Assembly (NCBI GenBank): GCA_051859245.1
Contig: JBHYGA010000006.1
Span: 192,001 to 256,000 of the forward strand
Length of the DNA stretch: 64,000 nt
DNA from: Gemmatimonadaceae bacterium
GTDB lineage: Bacteria; Gemmatimonadota; Gemmatimonadetes; Gemmatimonadales; Gemmatimonadaceae
Direction of reading: 5' to 3'
How positions within the stretch are numbered: the first letter of the stretch is position 1; each line of letters opens with the position of its first letter. The notes below the pieces were generated by a model. It worked only from the letters and a program-made list of their open reading frames with translations. It searched no databases and was not told the DNA's origin. This document shows positions 28,043 through 38,606 of this stretch, in pieces. Both the position numbers and the translations under genes were made by a program.

Positions 28043-28221
28043 CGCGCGGACATGCGGTCGACTGCTGCGAAGCGAGCGCTGATCAATGGAGACCGCATAC
28101 GGACACGAGGTCGTGCGCACCTCATCGTGTGCACGACTTGGAGTCCCGTATGAAGAAACGCTGAAATAGAGCAGCGTACCGCCGACACCGGGGTGTGAAA
28201 CGGTCTACGGCGATGTTCAAC

Positions 28222-30873
28222 TCACCGCGGCGAACGCTGGCGCAGGTCGTTGAACCAGTTGAGCACCACCACGTTGGGCGTCGCCTCGAGGCGATCGATC
28301 GGGGTGACCAGCAGGAAGCGGGATCCGTCCGGCGTCACGTCGTAGCCTGCGGTGCGCCCCTGCGACGTGCGCCCGGCATCGGCGGCACGAAAGAGCAAAA
28401 CCGGTTCGCCCGCCTCACCGCTGGCTGGATCAAACGGCATCGCGTACACGGCGGATCCTTTGCGGTACACAAGCTCCCGTCCGCCCTTTGTGAAGCGCGG
28501 CTGGTCACCACCGTTGGCGGACACCTGGCGCCGCCCACCGCTGCCATTGAGCGCGCGCACGAACACATCGGAAGTGCCGGCCGGATTCATTTCGCCCCAC
28601 GCCAGCCAGCGGCCGTCGGGCGAGATATCGGCCGTGCGCTGCTCGGCGGCTCCCGCTTCGACGAGCCGTTCGGTGCCGAACACAAGGTCGCCGAGCATGA
28701 GCTGGCTGTTGCTGCCGATCCGCGTGAAGGCGACGGTGCGTCCATCCGGCGAGATCGCGAGCGGGACTTTGTCGTCGGGCGACGTGAGCGCAACTGAGGC
28801 CGCGGTCCCGTCGATCGGCTGTCGGTACAGGTCGTACTGCGGCACTTCGCGCGCGATGAGCAGCGACCGGCTGTCCGCCATCCACACTGGCGAGAACGAC
28901 ACGCCCTCCTCGCGGGTGAGCTGCGAAACCACTCGGCGGGTGTTGTCGTGCAACCAAACCTGGCGCTGCGGATCGAGACGCGTGATCGCCAGCCATCGTC
29001 CATCGGGTGAAAGGCGAGGCTCCGCCCATGCGCCCACGTCAGCAATGGCGGGTTTGGTGCTTCCGGCGCGGTCGGCCCACACCACGCGGCTCTCCGCGCG
29101 CCACTCCGAGGCGCGCACGTACACGAGCGTGCCGGTGCGTGAGACAGCGTAGCCCGCCGTGCCATTCGTGACGTTCATCGCGACGTCCTCCAGCGCCACC
29201 ACCTCCGGTCCGGTAACGCGTCGTGAGCCCACGTCGAACGGCACGGCGAACACCGTGTTGTCGCGCGCGTAGAGCAAGTGGCCGCTCGCAGCGTAGCGCG
29301 GAAAGATCGCCCCCTCCACAAGAACGGTGCGCTCGCCGCTCTCTATGTCGACGACCTCGATGCGTGAGCGTGCGAGTGGGGTGGCGTAACTGTTGAAGAG
29401 CACCGCGCGTCCGCCGGGCAGCGCCTGCGGATACCAGTGCCCGAACTCTCCGCGCGTCGTATCCAGCGTCGTCAGTCGGCGCACCGACCGACCTGCGCTA
29501 TCCAGGAGCTGCAGCCCCACCCGACTGCGAACAACAATCGTGCCGCCGTTGGGCAGCGCAGCAAAGCCCAGGGGGCTGGCAGTGTCGCTCACAACCGTGG
29601 GCGGACCGCCTGCTACCGGAACGCGCAGGAACTTCCCCCGCGCGCTGAAATAGAGCGAGCTTCCGTCGACGGAAAAGTCGATGTCACGCGCCCCTTCTGT
29701 GCCCGGCACCGCAAGGGTGGCCGCGCTGCCAAGCTCGCGAAGGATCACCCGATCGATGCCGTCGTCGTCACGCACGACCTGCGCAATGCGGCGCCCGTCA
29801 CCGGTGATCGCAACGTTCGGCCAGTCGGGCTGCGAGAGGATTGGACGATAGGCGAACTCGACGCGCTCGGTGATGCCCGTCTCGCGCGACGTGGCGGCAC
29901 GGATCGCCAGCGCTGTCGAAACAGCGGCCACGAGCAGACTCGCGATGGCGATGGCGCGCCAGGCGCCGGTCGCTGCCGTTCCACGCGCGCTCCGCCCGCC
30001 AGCGGCGGTGCGCGCACGTGAGGGTGCGACATCGTGTGCGGCCAGTGCCGTCGCGAACGCCGCGACGCTCGCGAATCGGTCGGCCGGCAGCTTCTCCAGT
30101 GCGCGCGCCACGGCATCGGCAACCGCCGGCGGCACCGTCTGACGCACCGACGAGACATCTGGCGCCGGCTCGGTGATGATCTTCATGATGATCTGCTGCG
30201 CGCTCGCCCCCGTGAACGGCGGCGCGCCGGTCAGCATCTCGTACAGCACGATTGCCAACGCGAACTGATCGCTGCGCGCGCTGATCTCCTTCTCCGCTGT
30301 GGCCTGCTCCGGGCTCATGTACTGCGGCGTACCGAGCGAAAGCCCTGTCTCGGTCATTCGCCCGGCGGCGGCGGCACTCACGGCGAGCGCGATGCCGAAG
30401 TCGGCCACCAGCGCGCGCCCGTCCTGCAGCAGGATGTTCTCCGGCTTGATGTCGCGGTGGATCACGCCCTGACTGTGCGCGAAGTGCAGCGCGTCGGCGA
30501 CCTCGATCGTGATGCGCACGGCCTCATCCACCCCGAGTTGCCGTTCGCGATCAAGGCGGCTGCGCAACGTCTCGCCGCTGATGAACGGCATCACGTAGTA
30601 CAGGAATCCGTCCGCGTCGCCGCTGTCGAACAGCGGCAGGATGTGCGGATGCTGCAGCGACGCGGTCGTGGTGATCTCCCGCAAAAAGCGCTCGGCGCCG
30701 AGTGCTGCGGCAAGCTCCGGCCGCAAGACTTTGACGGCCACCCGGCGCTTGTGCTTCAGGTCCTCGGCAAGAAAGACCGTGGCCATGCCACCCTCGCCGA
30801 TTTCCCGCTCAATGCGGTAGCGGTCAGCGAGGGCGGTGGCGAGCCGGTCCGTGCGGGCGATGGGTGCGTGCAC
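28222..30873 (-). CDS. Ser/Thr kinase with TM helix and C-terminal TolB/PD40 beta-propeller
   Basis: IGEGGMATV, HRDIKPEN, DFG, GTPQYMSPEQ; repeated SPDGR motifs. Confidence 0.93.
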   Translation of the reverse strand: MHAPIARTDRLATALADRYRIEREIGEGGMATVFLAEDLKHKRRVAVKVLRPELAAALGAERFLREITTTASLQHPHILPLFDSGDADGFLYYVMPFISGETLRSRLDRERQLGVDEAVRITIEVADALHFAHSQGVIHRDIKPENILLQDGRALVADFGIALAVSAAAAGRMTETGLSLGTPQYMSPEQATAEKEISARSDQFALAIVLYEMLTGAPPFTGASAQQIIMKIITEPAPDVSSVRQTVPPAVADAVARALEKLPADRFASVAAFATALAAHDVAPSRARTAAGGRSARGTAATGAWRAIAIASLLVAAVSTALAIRAATSRETGITERVEFAYRPILSQPDWPNVAITGDGRRIAQVVRDDDGIDRVILRELGSAATLAVPGTEGARDIDFSVDGSSLYFSARGKFLRVPVAGGPPTVVSDTASPLGFAALPNGGTIVVRSRVGLQLLDSAGRSVRRLTTLDTTRGEFGHWYPQALPGGRAVLFNSYATPLARSRIEVVDIESGERTVLVEGAIFPRYAASGHLLYARDNTVFAVPFDVGSRRVTGPEVVALEDVAMNVTNGTAGYAVSRTGTLVYVRASEWRAESRVVWADRAGSTKPAIADVGAWAEPRLSPDGRWLAITRLDPQRQVWLHDNTRRVVSQLTREEGVSFSPVWMADSRSLLIAREVPQYDLYRQPIDGTAASVALTSPDDKVPLAISPDGRTVAFTRIGSNSQLMLGDLVFGTERLVEAGAAEQRTADISPDGRWLAWGEMNPAGTSDVFVRALNGSGGRRQVSANGGDQPRFTKGGRELVYRKGSAVYAMPFDPASGEAGEPVLLFRAADAGRTSQGRTAGYDVTPDGSRFLLVTPIDRLEATPNVVVLNWFNDLRQRSPR

Positions 30874-31017
30874 TCGAAGCGGGCGAGGGTAGCGAGAGAC
30901 GACTCGCCCGAAAATGCGCGGAGTCGTCGCAAACCGCCACGGATTGCGAAATGCGGTGTCGGGATGTTGCATATCGCGAAGGCAGGAGCGAGGACGTCCC
31001 CCTTTCCGGAGTCGATC

Positions 31018-31758
31018 ATGTCTACCACAAGACGGCAATTCCTCGATTCACTGGCGAGCGGTGCCGCTTCGATTGGCGTCACCACGTTAGGCGCCACCAC
31101 GCTCAGCGTAACCGCGCTGGGCGCCACCGCCGCCTTTCCGACTACCCTCCGCGCAATGCCGGCCGAGTTCACGGACCCCAGTGTGTCCGGGGCCGAGCAG
31201 CCGTCGTGGGAGACGCGCTGGACGGAGCGCTTGACTGGCCGGGTGCGCGCTGTGTTTGACGTCCCCGAAATCGAAAGCGGTTATGGCGTTTGGCGCGCGA
31301 GCGTGTGGGCTCGCCAGTACCAGGATGTGTTCGGAGTGCCCGCCAATGATCTCTCGACGGCGCTCGTCATCCGCCATAACGCGATCATCCTCGCGATGCA
31401 GCAGTCGTTCTGGGACACCTATGGCATTGGCAAGCGGCATAGCGTGACGCATCCAGCGACCCTGGAGCCGACGGACCGCAACCCGGCGCTGATGGGGTCA
31501 GGCGACGGGATCGAAGGGCTCCAGGTGGACTTTGCACTCGGCCCGTTCATGCAGCGCGGTGGCGTCGTGCTCGCCTGCAATGCCGCGCTGCAGGACCTCG
31601 TCCCTATGGTGCAGCAAGTGGACGGTGTGTCCGCAGACGAAGCCGGAGCGCGCGTGCGGCGGGGGCTCGTGCCGGGTGTAATTCTGCAGCCCTCGGGGGT
31701 CTTCGCGGTGATGCACGCGCAGCAGCAGGCAAAGGCGCTGTATATCCGCGCGAGCTGA
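31018..31758 (+). CDS. Tat-exported DsrE-like protein
   Basis: TRRQFL twin-arginine signal; AVFD, RHNA, RGGVVLACN, PSGV. Confidence 0.7.
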   Translation: MSTTRRQFLDSLASGAASIGVTTLGATTLSVTALGATAAFPTTLRAMPAEFTDPSVSGAEQPSWETRWTERLTGRVRAVFDVPEIESGYGVWRASVWARQYQDVFGVPANDLSTALVIRHNAIILAMQQSFWDTYGIGKRHSVTHPATLEPTDRNPALMGSGDGIEGLQVDFALGPFMQRGGVVLACNAALQDLVPMVQQVDGVSADEAGARVRRGLVPGVILQPSGVFAVMHAQQQAKALYIRAS

Positions 31759-31818
31759 GCGGGTCTTTCTTGACAAGCCGCCCAGCGTCCCCGCTCGGCT
31801 GATTCGCGGAGGATACGA

Positions 31819-33879
31819 ATGAACGCAGCAGTTTTCCTCGTCATTACGCTTCTGGTTTCCTCCGCCTCGGCTGCCACGGCACAGCGCGCCGCTGGCTCCT
31901 CCGTTCCTCGCTATCCGCCAACGCGGACCGTGGACGTGGTTGACGACTACTATGGCATGGCCGTCCGAGACCAGTATCGCTGGCTCGAGAACCTGCGCGA
32001 AGGAGAGGTGCGCGAGTGGGCGGCTGCGCAGACGGCGTTCGCGATCCCGTACCTGCGCAACAACGACGTGCGCCCGTGGCTCTTGCAACGCGTGAACGAG
32101 CTGAGCGCCCTGTTTCGCGAACCGTCCACGCGCCGCGCCGAGCGCGAACCGCCGTTGGTCGATGAAGAATCACTCGCGGCGGGCGAGTCACTCGATGGGA
32201 TCTGGCCTTCGACTGATCGGCGATACGCGGCCTATCAGGTCTCCAGAGACGGGAGTGATTGGTCGGAGGGACGCGTGCGACGCGTGAGCGATGGCACCGA
32301 CCTTTCCGAGCGACTCGAGGGACTGTACGGCGACGCGATGTCATGGACGCACGATGGGCGCGGATTCTTCTATGTGCGAGCAACGAAGCCGACGGACGGA
32401 CGTGCGCAGCGTGCGGGTCGCGGTGTGTACTATCACGCGATCGGAACGCCGCAGTCGCGCGATGTTGTCATCCTGCGCCTGGATGCGAACGTGACCGATG
32501 TAAACGTCGACCACGAACTCTCAGCCGACGGACGGTTCCTGTTTCTCTCGGAAGGGACCGGCCCATATGTAGATGATCTTGGCCACATCAACTCGCGCTT
32601 GCACGTGCTCGACCTTCGCGATCCTGCGAAGCCAGCGATCGGCAACGTGCTCGTCTCACTCTCTGCTACGCGCGACGCGGCGTACCGCGTCGTGGCAACG
32701 CATGGCGACAGCATCTACCTCTTCACCGACCGTGCCGCGCCGCGGCGCCGAGTTGTTGTGTTTGCCATCGGCACACCGAATGCCGAGCTGTGGCGCGAGT
32801 TGGTTCCACCAAGTGACGATGTCATCGACCGCGTGGAGGAGATTGACGGCCGCCTCGTTGTGCGATTCGTGCGGAACGTGCAGCACGGCGTACGGGTGTA
32901 CGAGCGCGACGGGCGTCTCGTGCGCGAACTGCCGATTCGTCCGATGACGACCATCATGAACATTCAGGCTGACACCACGGGCGCACTCGTGGTGCGCGCC
33001 GTTGAAGGATTCGCCCCCACGCGCCGTCGCTACGAGCTGCCGAGCGGCCGCGATTCGGCGGAGGTCGACGTGAAGACCCCGTCACCCGCCGATGCGTATG
33101 AGGTCAGGCAAGTCTGGTTCACATCGAACGACGGCGTGCGCGTGCCCATGTTCCTTGCGCACCGACGCGGACTCTCACTGGACGGATCACACCCCACTGT
33201 GCTCACTGGGTATGGCGCCTCGAGCTCGATTGAGATGCCGAACTTCGGGATCGGCGCGATTGCACTGCTCGAACTCGGCTTCGTACTGGCGGCGCCATCG
33301 CTGCGTGGCGGCGGTGAGTTCGGCCGGTCGTGGTATGAGGCGGCAATACTTGGACGCAAGCAGACAACGTTCGACGACTTCATCGCCGCGGCAGAGTTCC
33401 TGATCAACGAGCGGTACACGACAGCGGATCGACTCGCAATCCTCGGTGGCTCCAATGGTGGGTTGCTCGTGACATCCGTCATGAACCAACGGCCGGAGCT
33501 GTTCCGCGTCGCCATTGCGAACGTGCCGCCCACAGACCTGCTGCGGTTTGATCCGGGCACCCACCGCGCGCAATACGGATCGCCGAACAACCCGGCACAC
33601 TTGCCGTTCCTGCGCGCGAGTTCGGCGTTGCACAATTTGCGGCCGGGCACGTGTTATCCGGCAACATTGATCACGACGGCGTTCAATGACCAGGTGGTTC
33701 CCGCCTGGAACGCGTTCAAGCTTTCGGCGGCGCTGCAGGCCGCTCAGTCGTGCGACCGGCCGGTGCTGCTGCGCGCTGACACGACGGGCGGGCACGGAGG
33801 ACTCGGACTGGATGACCTCGGTGACGCGTTCGGATTCATCACATCGCAACTTGGCGTGAAGCGGCCGGGAGCGCGTTGA
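31819..33879 (+). CDS. Prolyl oligopeptidase family (S9A) serine peptidase, secreted
   Basis: DQYRWLE, DGVRVPMF, GYG, RGGGEFG, GGSNGG, GGHG. Confidence 0.9.
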   Translation: MNAAVFLVITLLVSSASAATAQRAAGSSVPRYPPTRTVDVVDDYYGMAVRDQYRWLENLREGEVREWAAAQTAFAIPYLRNNDVRPWLLQRVNELSALFREPSTRRAEREPPLVDEESLAAGESLDGIWPSTDRRYAAYQVSRDGSDWSEGRVRRVSDGTDLSERLEGLYGDAMSWTHDGRGFFYVRATKPTDGRAQRAGRGVYYHAIGTPQSRDVVILRLDANVTDVNVDHELSADGRFLFLSEGTGPYVDDLGHINSRLHVLDLRDPAKPAIGNVLVSLSATRDAAYRVVATHGDSIYLFTDRAAPRRRVVVFAIGTPNAELWRELVPPSDDVIDRVEEIDGRLVVRFVRNVQHGVRVYERDGRLVRELPIRPMTTIMNIQADTTGALVVRAVEGFAPTRRRYELPSGRDSAEVDVKTPSPADAYEVRQVWFTSNDGVRVPMFLAHRRGLSLDGSHPTVLTGYGASSSIEMPNFGIGAIALLELGFVLAAPSLRGGGEFGRSWYEAAILGRKQTTFDDFIAAAEFLINERYTTADRLAILGGSNGGLLVTSVMNQRPELFRVAIANVPPTDLLRFDPGTHRAQYGSPNNPAHLPFLRASSALHNLRPGTCYPATLITTAFNDQVVPAWNAFKLSAALQAAQSCDRPVLLRADTTGGHGGLGLDDLGDAFGFITSQLGVKRPGAR

Positions 33880-33967
33880 AGCTGCAGATGCGCGGCCGCA
33901 TCTTACGGAGTGTGGTCAGCACCGCTACACCGTAGTTCTTGCAACTTCAGCCTCTTGGTACACGGTT

Positions 33968-34351
33968 ATGAAACGCACGCTCATCAGTTCCGGCTCGCCG
34001 TTCGAAGAGCAGATTGCCTACTCAAGAGCCGTTGTCCAGGGTGACTGGATTTTTGTTTCTGGTACGACGGGTTTTGACTACGCAACAATGACCATTTCCC
34101 CGCTCGTTGAGGTGCAGGCGAAGCAGTGCCTCGAAAACATTTCGCAGGCGCTACACCATGCGGGTGCTTCGCTCGCGGACGTCGTGCGCGTTCACTACAT
34201 CCTGCCGAACGGCTCCGATTTTGAGCGGTGCTGGCCTGTGCTCCGCGAGTATTTCGGGAACGTGCGCCCCGCCGCCACGATGATTTCTGCGCAACTGCTC
34301 GATCCGCGCATGCTGATCGAGATCGAAGTGACCGCACTTCGTCAGGCGTAA
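33968..34351 (+). CDS. RidA/YjgF family protein
   Basis: ISSGSPFE, YSRAV, VSGTTG, RPAATM, IEIEVTA. Confidence 0.92.
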   Translation: MKRTLISSGSPFEEQIAYSRAVVQGDWIFVSGTTGFDYATMTISPLVEVQAKQCLENISQALHHAGASLADVVRVHYILPNGSDFERCWPVLREYFGNVRPAATMISAQLLDPRMLIEIEVTALRQA

Positions 34352-34358
34352 CAACGAA

Positions 34359-35312
34359 CTACTGCGGCAGCGGAATAACTCGCGTCTCGTACACCGGCGT
34401 ACCGCCCGTGAGATGCGCATTCACAAAGAGCGCGGTTGTTCTAAGCATCGACTGGCCATTCAGCGAGAGCGTGGCGAAGGCGATTCCTGAGTAGTCGTGC
34501 TCACCGCCAGTGACGGTGTAAAACGTGTACGGCACGCCCACGCTCCTGGCGCGCTCCGCGAGCTCGATCGCTTCGGAATACGCGACCACGTCATCGGACG
34601 TGCCGTGCAGTACGAACAGTGGCGCCTCACCGGTCTCGATATCGGTATCTCGGGCCAAGGCACCCCAGTTGTTCACCACCACGCGCGGCGTTGGTCGTTG
34701 GATGCCGTACGCGTTGAGCGAGTACGCGACATGCATGACCGTGTAGCTCCCCGCTGAGCCGCCCCACAGCCCAATCCGATTCGCGTCAATGCAATATCTG
34801 CTCGCGTTGTTCTGCATCCAGCGCATCGCGCGCACGGCGTCCTCCGCTGCCGCCGCGAACGCGTTCATCTTTTCGTCGGTCTCCGTGGGAATCAATGCGC
34901 GGTAGTCCGCAGCGAATCGCGCAAACTCCGGCGAGATCACCGCTTCGTCGCGCACCAGGCGGTAGTCAATCGAAACCATGTTGATACCGAACGACGCGAG
35001 TTCTTCGGCGAACGACGCAATGCGCGCGCCTCGCTTGCTGCCACTCTGAAATGCACCACCGTGCACATACATCATGGTGGGACGCGGGACGGTGCAGGGC
35101 TGGTCCGGCTGGTAGACATCCAGCAACAGCGGAATCGACCCGCTCTTCGTTGGGCCGGTTCCGTACTGGACGTTTGGATCCATGACGTAGCCGGTCGGAG
35201 TTGGCACAACGTCAACATCGTCATCAGGCGCGATCGGATCGTCAGCGCCTCGGCAAGACGCGGCCAGAAGCGTGAGGTGGAGTAGCAGCAGGCTAGCGAT
35301 TTTGGACTTCAT
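34359..35312 (-). CDS. Alpha/beta hydrolase (esterase/lipase) lipoprotein
   Basis: Lipobox AASC; HGGAF, DYRL, GGSAG, HGTSD, GGEH. Confidence 0.88.
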   Translation of the reverse strand: MKSKIASLLLLHLTLLAASCRGADDPIAPDDDVDVVPTPTGYVMDPNVQYGTGPTKSGSIPLLLDVYQPDQPCTVPRPTMMYVHGGAFQSGSKRGARIASFAEELASFGINMVSIDYRLVRDEAVISPEFARFAADYRALIPTETDEKMNAFAAAAEDAVRAMRWMQNNASRYCIDANRIGLWGGSAGSYTVMHVAYSLNAYGIQRPTPRVVVNNWGALARDTDIETGEAPLFVLHGTSDDVVAYSEAIELAERARSVGVPYTFYTVTGGEHDYSGIAFATLSLNGQSMLRTTALFVNAHLTGGTPVYETRVIPLPQ

Positions 35313-35387
35313 GTCTGCCTCAGAGCAGCTTGCGTAGTCAGCACACGTCGAGATTCCTATCACGACGCGTCACCCGCGCCGTGGGTA

Positions 35388-36290
35388 TCAACCCAGCAAC
35401 CGACGCACCTGTTCGCGATAGCTGCGACTTGAGGTGAGCTTCGCGCCGTCAGTCAGCGTGAGCTCGTACTCGCCGTGGCCGCAGGGCTCCAGCCGGCGGA
35501 TCCGGTCAATCCTCACGATGTGCGACCGATGCACCCGCACAAACTCTTCCGGGTCGAGACGCGATTCGAGCTGCTGCAGCGATTCGCGCACCAGGTGGCG
35601 TTTTCCTTTCGCGATGACCGCCACGTAGTTGCCGTCGGCCTCGATGCGGTCCACGTCGGCGACGGCCACAAAATACATCCCTTGGGCGTCGCGGATTACG
35701 AATCGTTTTGTGAACGCACCCTCTCGTGGCGGACGGGAGACGGAGCTCGCAGCATCGCTGGCTACAGCTGCCGCGTTACCGCTGAGTGCCTGCAGCGCCA
35801 GTCGGAGCGCCGCATCGGCGGCCGCGATGGCGCCGGTCTCGGGAGCTCGCGATGGTGTGCCAAGGGTCTCGAGCAACCGACGCATGGCCCGGTCGAACCG
35901 GTCAATGTCAACCGGCTTCACGAGGTAATCGACGGCATCGAGATCGAACGCGCGGATCGCGTGCTCCTCGCTCGCCGTGACAAACACAATGTGCGGAGGC
36001 CGCTCCAGCAACCACGGCGCTTCCTGCGCGAGGGCCTCGACCGTGGCGATGCCATCGAGACCAGGCATGCGGATGTCGAGCAGCAAAACGTCGGCGGGTC
36101 CATTGCGAAGGGCGGCGAGAACGGCCGTACCACTCCCGCATTCCGCCGTCAGTTCGAACTGGGGGTGTCGCGCGAGTAGCGCGCGCAGCCGAGCGCGTGC
36201 GAGTGGCTCGTCGTCGGCCACCAACACTTTCCATGTACGTGCGCTGTTGGCGTCGGCCACCATACTCGGAGTTCGCGGGGCGTCGCTCAT
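35388..36290 (-). CDS. LytTR family response regulator
   Basis: DDEPLAR, LDIRMP, DYLVKP, FVRVHRS. Confidence 0.93.
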   Translation of the reverse strand: MSDAPRTPSMVADANSARTWKVLVADDEPLARARLRALLARHPQFELTAECGSGTAVLAALRNGPADVLLLDIRMPGLDGIATVEALAQEAPWLLERPPHIVFVTASEEHAIRAFDLDAVDYLVKPVDIDRFDRAMRRLLETLGTPSRAPETGAIAAADAALRLALQALSGNAAAVASDAASSVSRPPREGAFTKRFVIRDAQGMYFVAVADVDRIEADGNYVAVIAKGKRHLVRESLQQLESRLDPEEFVRVHRSHIVRIDRIRRLEPCGHGEYELTLTDGAKLTSSRSYREQVRRLLG

Positions 36291-37384
36291 TGATGCGTCT
36301 TCACGTTCGTGTACGAACTCTCTTCGACTGGCAGCGTGACCAATGCACGCGTGCCGCCACCCTGCGGTCGCTCGAGGATCAGTGAGGCACGTGTGCCGTA
36401 GAGCAGCGCGAGACGATCGCGTGTGTTCTGCAGACCAATGCCACGCACCGCGTTCACATGCCCGCGACCATTCGTTGACACGGCCGGCACATCAACACCC
36501 AGGCCATCGTCTTCCACGAACAGCATGAGCAGGTCGCTCACCCGATCCGCGCCGATGCGAACGCGTCCGCCCGACTCGCGCGCGGCGAGCCCGTGTTCGT
36601 ACGCGTTCTCGACCAGCGGTTGCAGCACAAAGAACGGCACGCGTGCGCTGCGCGCCGCATCGTCCACGTCCCATTCCACCACAATGCGATCACCAAAACG
36701 CAGTTGCATGAGTTCGACATAGCGCGCCAGCAAATCGAGCTCGCGTTCGAGCGCGTGCTCCTCCGTTTCCTCGTGCAGGGTCACGCGCAGCAGGTCGGCA
36801 AAGCGCGTGAGCATGCGGTCGGCGGCCATCGGATCCGCGTGCACGAGCGTTGTGACCGCGTTGAGCACATTAAACACAAAATGCGGTTGCAACTGCGTTC
36901 GCAGCGCCGCGAGCCGCGCCTCGGCGAGCCCGCGCGCAAGTCCGGCCTCGCGCACCTCGCGGGCGCGTTCCGAGCGATAGTAGTGAACGGCGTGTAGTAG
37001 TGCGACCATCACTACGAAGACGGTGAAGTAGGTGAGCGTCCGCGCGGTCGCGCTGGCTGCGACGTCGGGAACACCGGCGATGGCCACGACGACGGGCGTC
37101 ATCAACACGTGCCGGAGCCAGGCGGCTGCCAGCGTGCCGAGCAGCAGGATGCCCGCGTTCCGCCACGGCCGCGGGCGTCCGATCGGAAAGCGGCGAACGA
37201 GCGCGGCGAGCGGTGGCAAAAGCGGCAAACACGTCCACCACATCGCCAGCGACCAGACAATCTGTTCGACCCAGCGCGGGTCTTCACCACGGTCGAGGTT
37301 CGCAATGCTTCCGCGCAGCGCGTAGAGCAGGGCGAAGAACGTCGTCAGCACGACGGCGCCCACGGGCACGATGCGCCGTTCCAT
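36287..37384 (-). CDS. LytS/YehU-type sensor histidine kinase
   Basis: QLQPHFVFNVLN, LQPLVENA, GIGLQNTRDRL; N-terminal TM helices. Confidence 0.92.
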   Translation of the reverse strand: MERRIVPVGAVVLTTFFALLYALRGSIANLDRGEDPRWVEQIVWSLAMWWTCLPLLPPLAALVRRFPIGRPRPWRNAGILLLGTLAAAWLRHVLMTPVVVAIAGVPDVAASATARTLTYFTVFVVMVALLHAVHYYRSERAREVREAGLARGLAEARLAALRTQLQPHFVFNVLNAVTTLVHADPMAADRMLTRFADLLRVTLHEETEEHALERELDLLARYVELMQLRFGDRIVVEWDVDDAARSARVPFFVLQPLVENAYEHGLAARESGGRVRIGADRVSDLLMLFVEDDGLGVDVPAVSTNGRGHVNAVRGIGLQNTRDRLALLYGTRASLILERPQGGGTRALVTLPVEESSYTNVKTHQ

Positions 37385-37499
37385 GGCGGACTCCGGAGAG
37401 CCGATGTCCCCCTGTTCCCGCGCGCGTGTCGTCACGTTGCAGTATCGGGGCGGTGAGTTGGCGCGGTCAAGAGCGTTCGCACCACTGGGTGCGCTCAAC

Positions 37500-37994
37500 T
37501 CAGCGTGCCACGACGGGCCGCGTGCGTCGCGTGGCCGTCATCGGAAGCAGCGCGCCACCGTGATACTGGACAATGCCTTGCATTGAGCGCCCGTTGTCGG
37601 TTAATCGCCCGTTGAACGGTACGTCGCCTTCGCGAGACGCAACCACCATCTGCACGGAGTCGCCGCGCACGGTGAGCAGGCGGATCGCCAGCGTGTTCGT
37701 TGAGTCCGGCGTGAGCGATCCGGCCCACCCGTGTTCCACGGGACCGAGCGCAAAGAAGCCGCTCGACGTGCGTTCACCCACACGCATGGTGAAGTCCCAA
37801 ATGCCCTGCAAGTCGGGAACGCCGCCGAGTGTGGTCGCGCGTGCGGCGGGCTGCTCGGCGGGCGTCGCGGCGGGTGAACGGACCGGCTGTGCTCCAGCCG
37901 TTCCGGATGCCAGCAGGATGGCGGCCAGCGCCGCAACGGAAGGCGCCGAGCGTTTTGCTGCGTAAAGGTGGTGGTCGTTGAAAACGAGTGACAT
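37500..37994 (-). CDS. Small secreted hypothetical protein
   Basis: Signal-like segment ending AGA-Q; DLQGIWDF; co-oriented upstream of the kinase. Confidence 0.6.
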   Translation of the reverse strand: MSLVFNDHHLYAAKRSAPSVAALAAILLASGTAGAQPVRSPAATPAEQPAARATTLGGVPDLQGIWDFTMRVGERTSSGFFALGPVEHGWAGSLTPDSTNTLAIRLLTVRGDSVQMVVASREGDVPFNGRLTDNGRSMQGIVQYHGGALLPMTATRRTRPVVAR

Positions 37995-38606
37995 GCTGAC
38001 GCTCCGGTGCGAGGTTGAGGTATTTGCACAGAGTAGGCGCAACCGGCACGAGGTGTCGAAACGAAGACGTGAAGTGGACGTCGCGCGGGCTCAGTCGGTC
38101 CTTAGAGCATGTTGACGGCGCGCTCGTCGCCCAGACACTGTCGGGCTGAGCTCACATGACGATCTCTGCAGCTATCGCTCCGGCGTCTGCGCGTCCTAGC
38201 AATAGCCACGGCAACGTCGCCGTGGGTGACACGCCCAGATTGCGCATGACGTTGCCGGAGTTCGGGCCGTACATGGAAAAACCTCGCGAGGTGTGAGATG
38301 GCGTGTTTGAGAATCACGAGCGGACGGGCGAGACAGTCTCCCCGCGTCTGTAAGCACACCAGCAAACTCGTACGCCACCGTCACCGGGCGATCGCCTCAC
38401 AATCACCTGACGGTCACCAGACGTTACGAAGGCTGTGCTTCGCAGGCATTTAGAGGACGAATCCTCCGAGCGGTGCGAGTTGCGGACGATCGCTTCGCTA
38501 GCCCATGATTCCTTTGTTCGCCGCCGAGCATCAAGGTGAGTCCTCACGCCAAAAGCATATGAGAGCGCGAAGGCCTCGTTCAAGCAAACCGAACTGGATA
38601 CTATCC

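Noticed and set aside
27440..28085. Further attC remnants after the serine hydrolase and uraH genes
   Set aside because: Only short partial matches (CCTGAC..GCTGCAG; GCTGCGAAGCGAGCG) without a convincing palindrome or core site
30034..31017. 574-aa plus-strand ORF as one protein
   Set aside because: Its first 328 codons are mostly antisense shadow of the kinase gene; the real gene starts at the Tat signal at 31018
38070..38100. Possible LytTR tandem binding boxes 21 bp apart upstream of the 37994 gene
   Set aside because: Only 5 of 10 positions match between the boxes; not distinguishable from chance by eye
38100..38600. 500-bp gap as ncRNA or pseudogene
   Set aside because: No recognisable fold, repeat or protein motif
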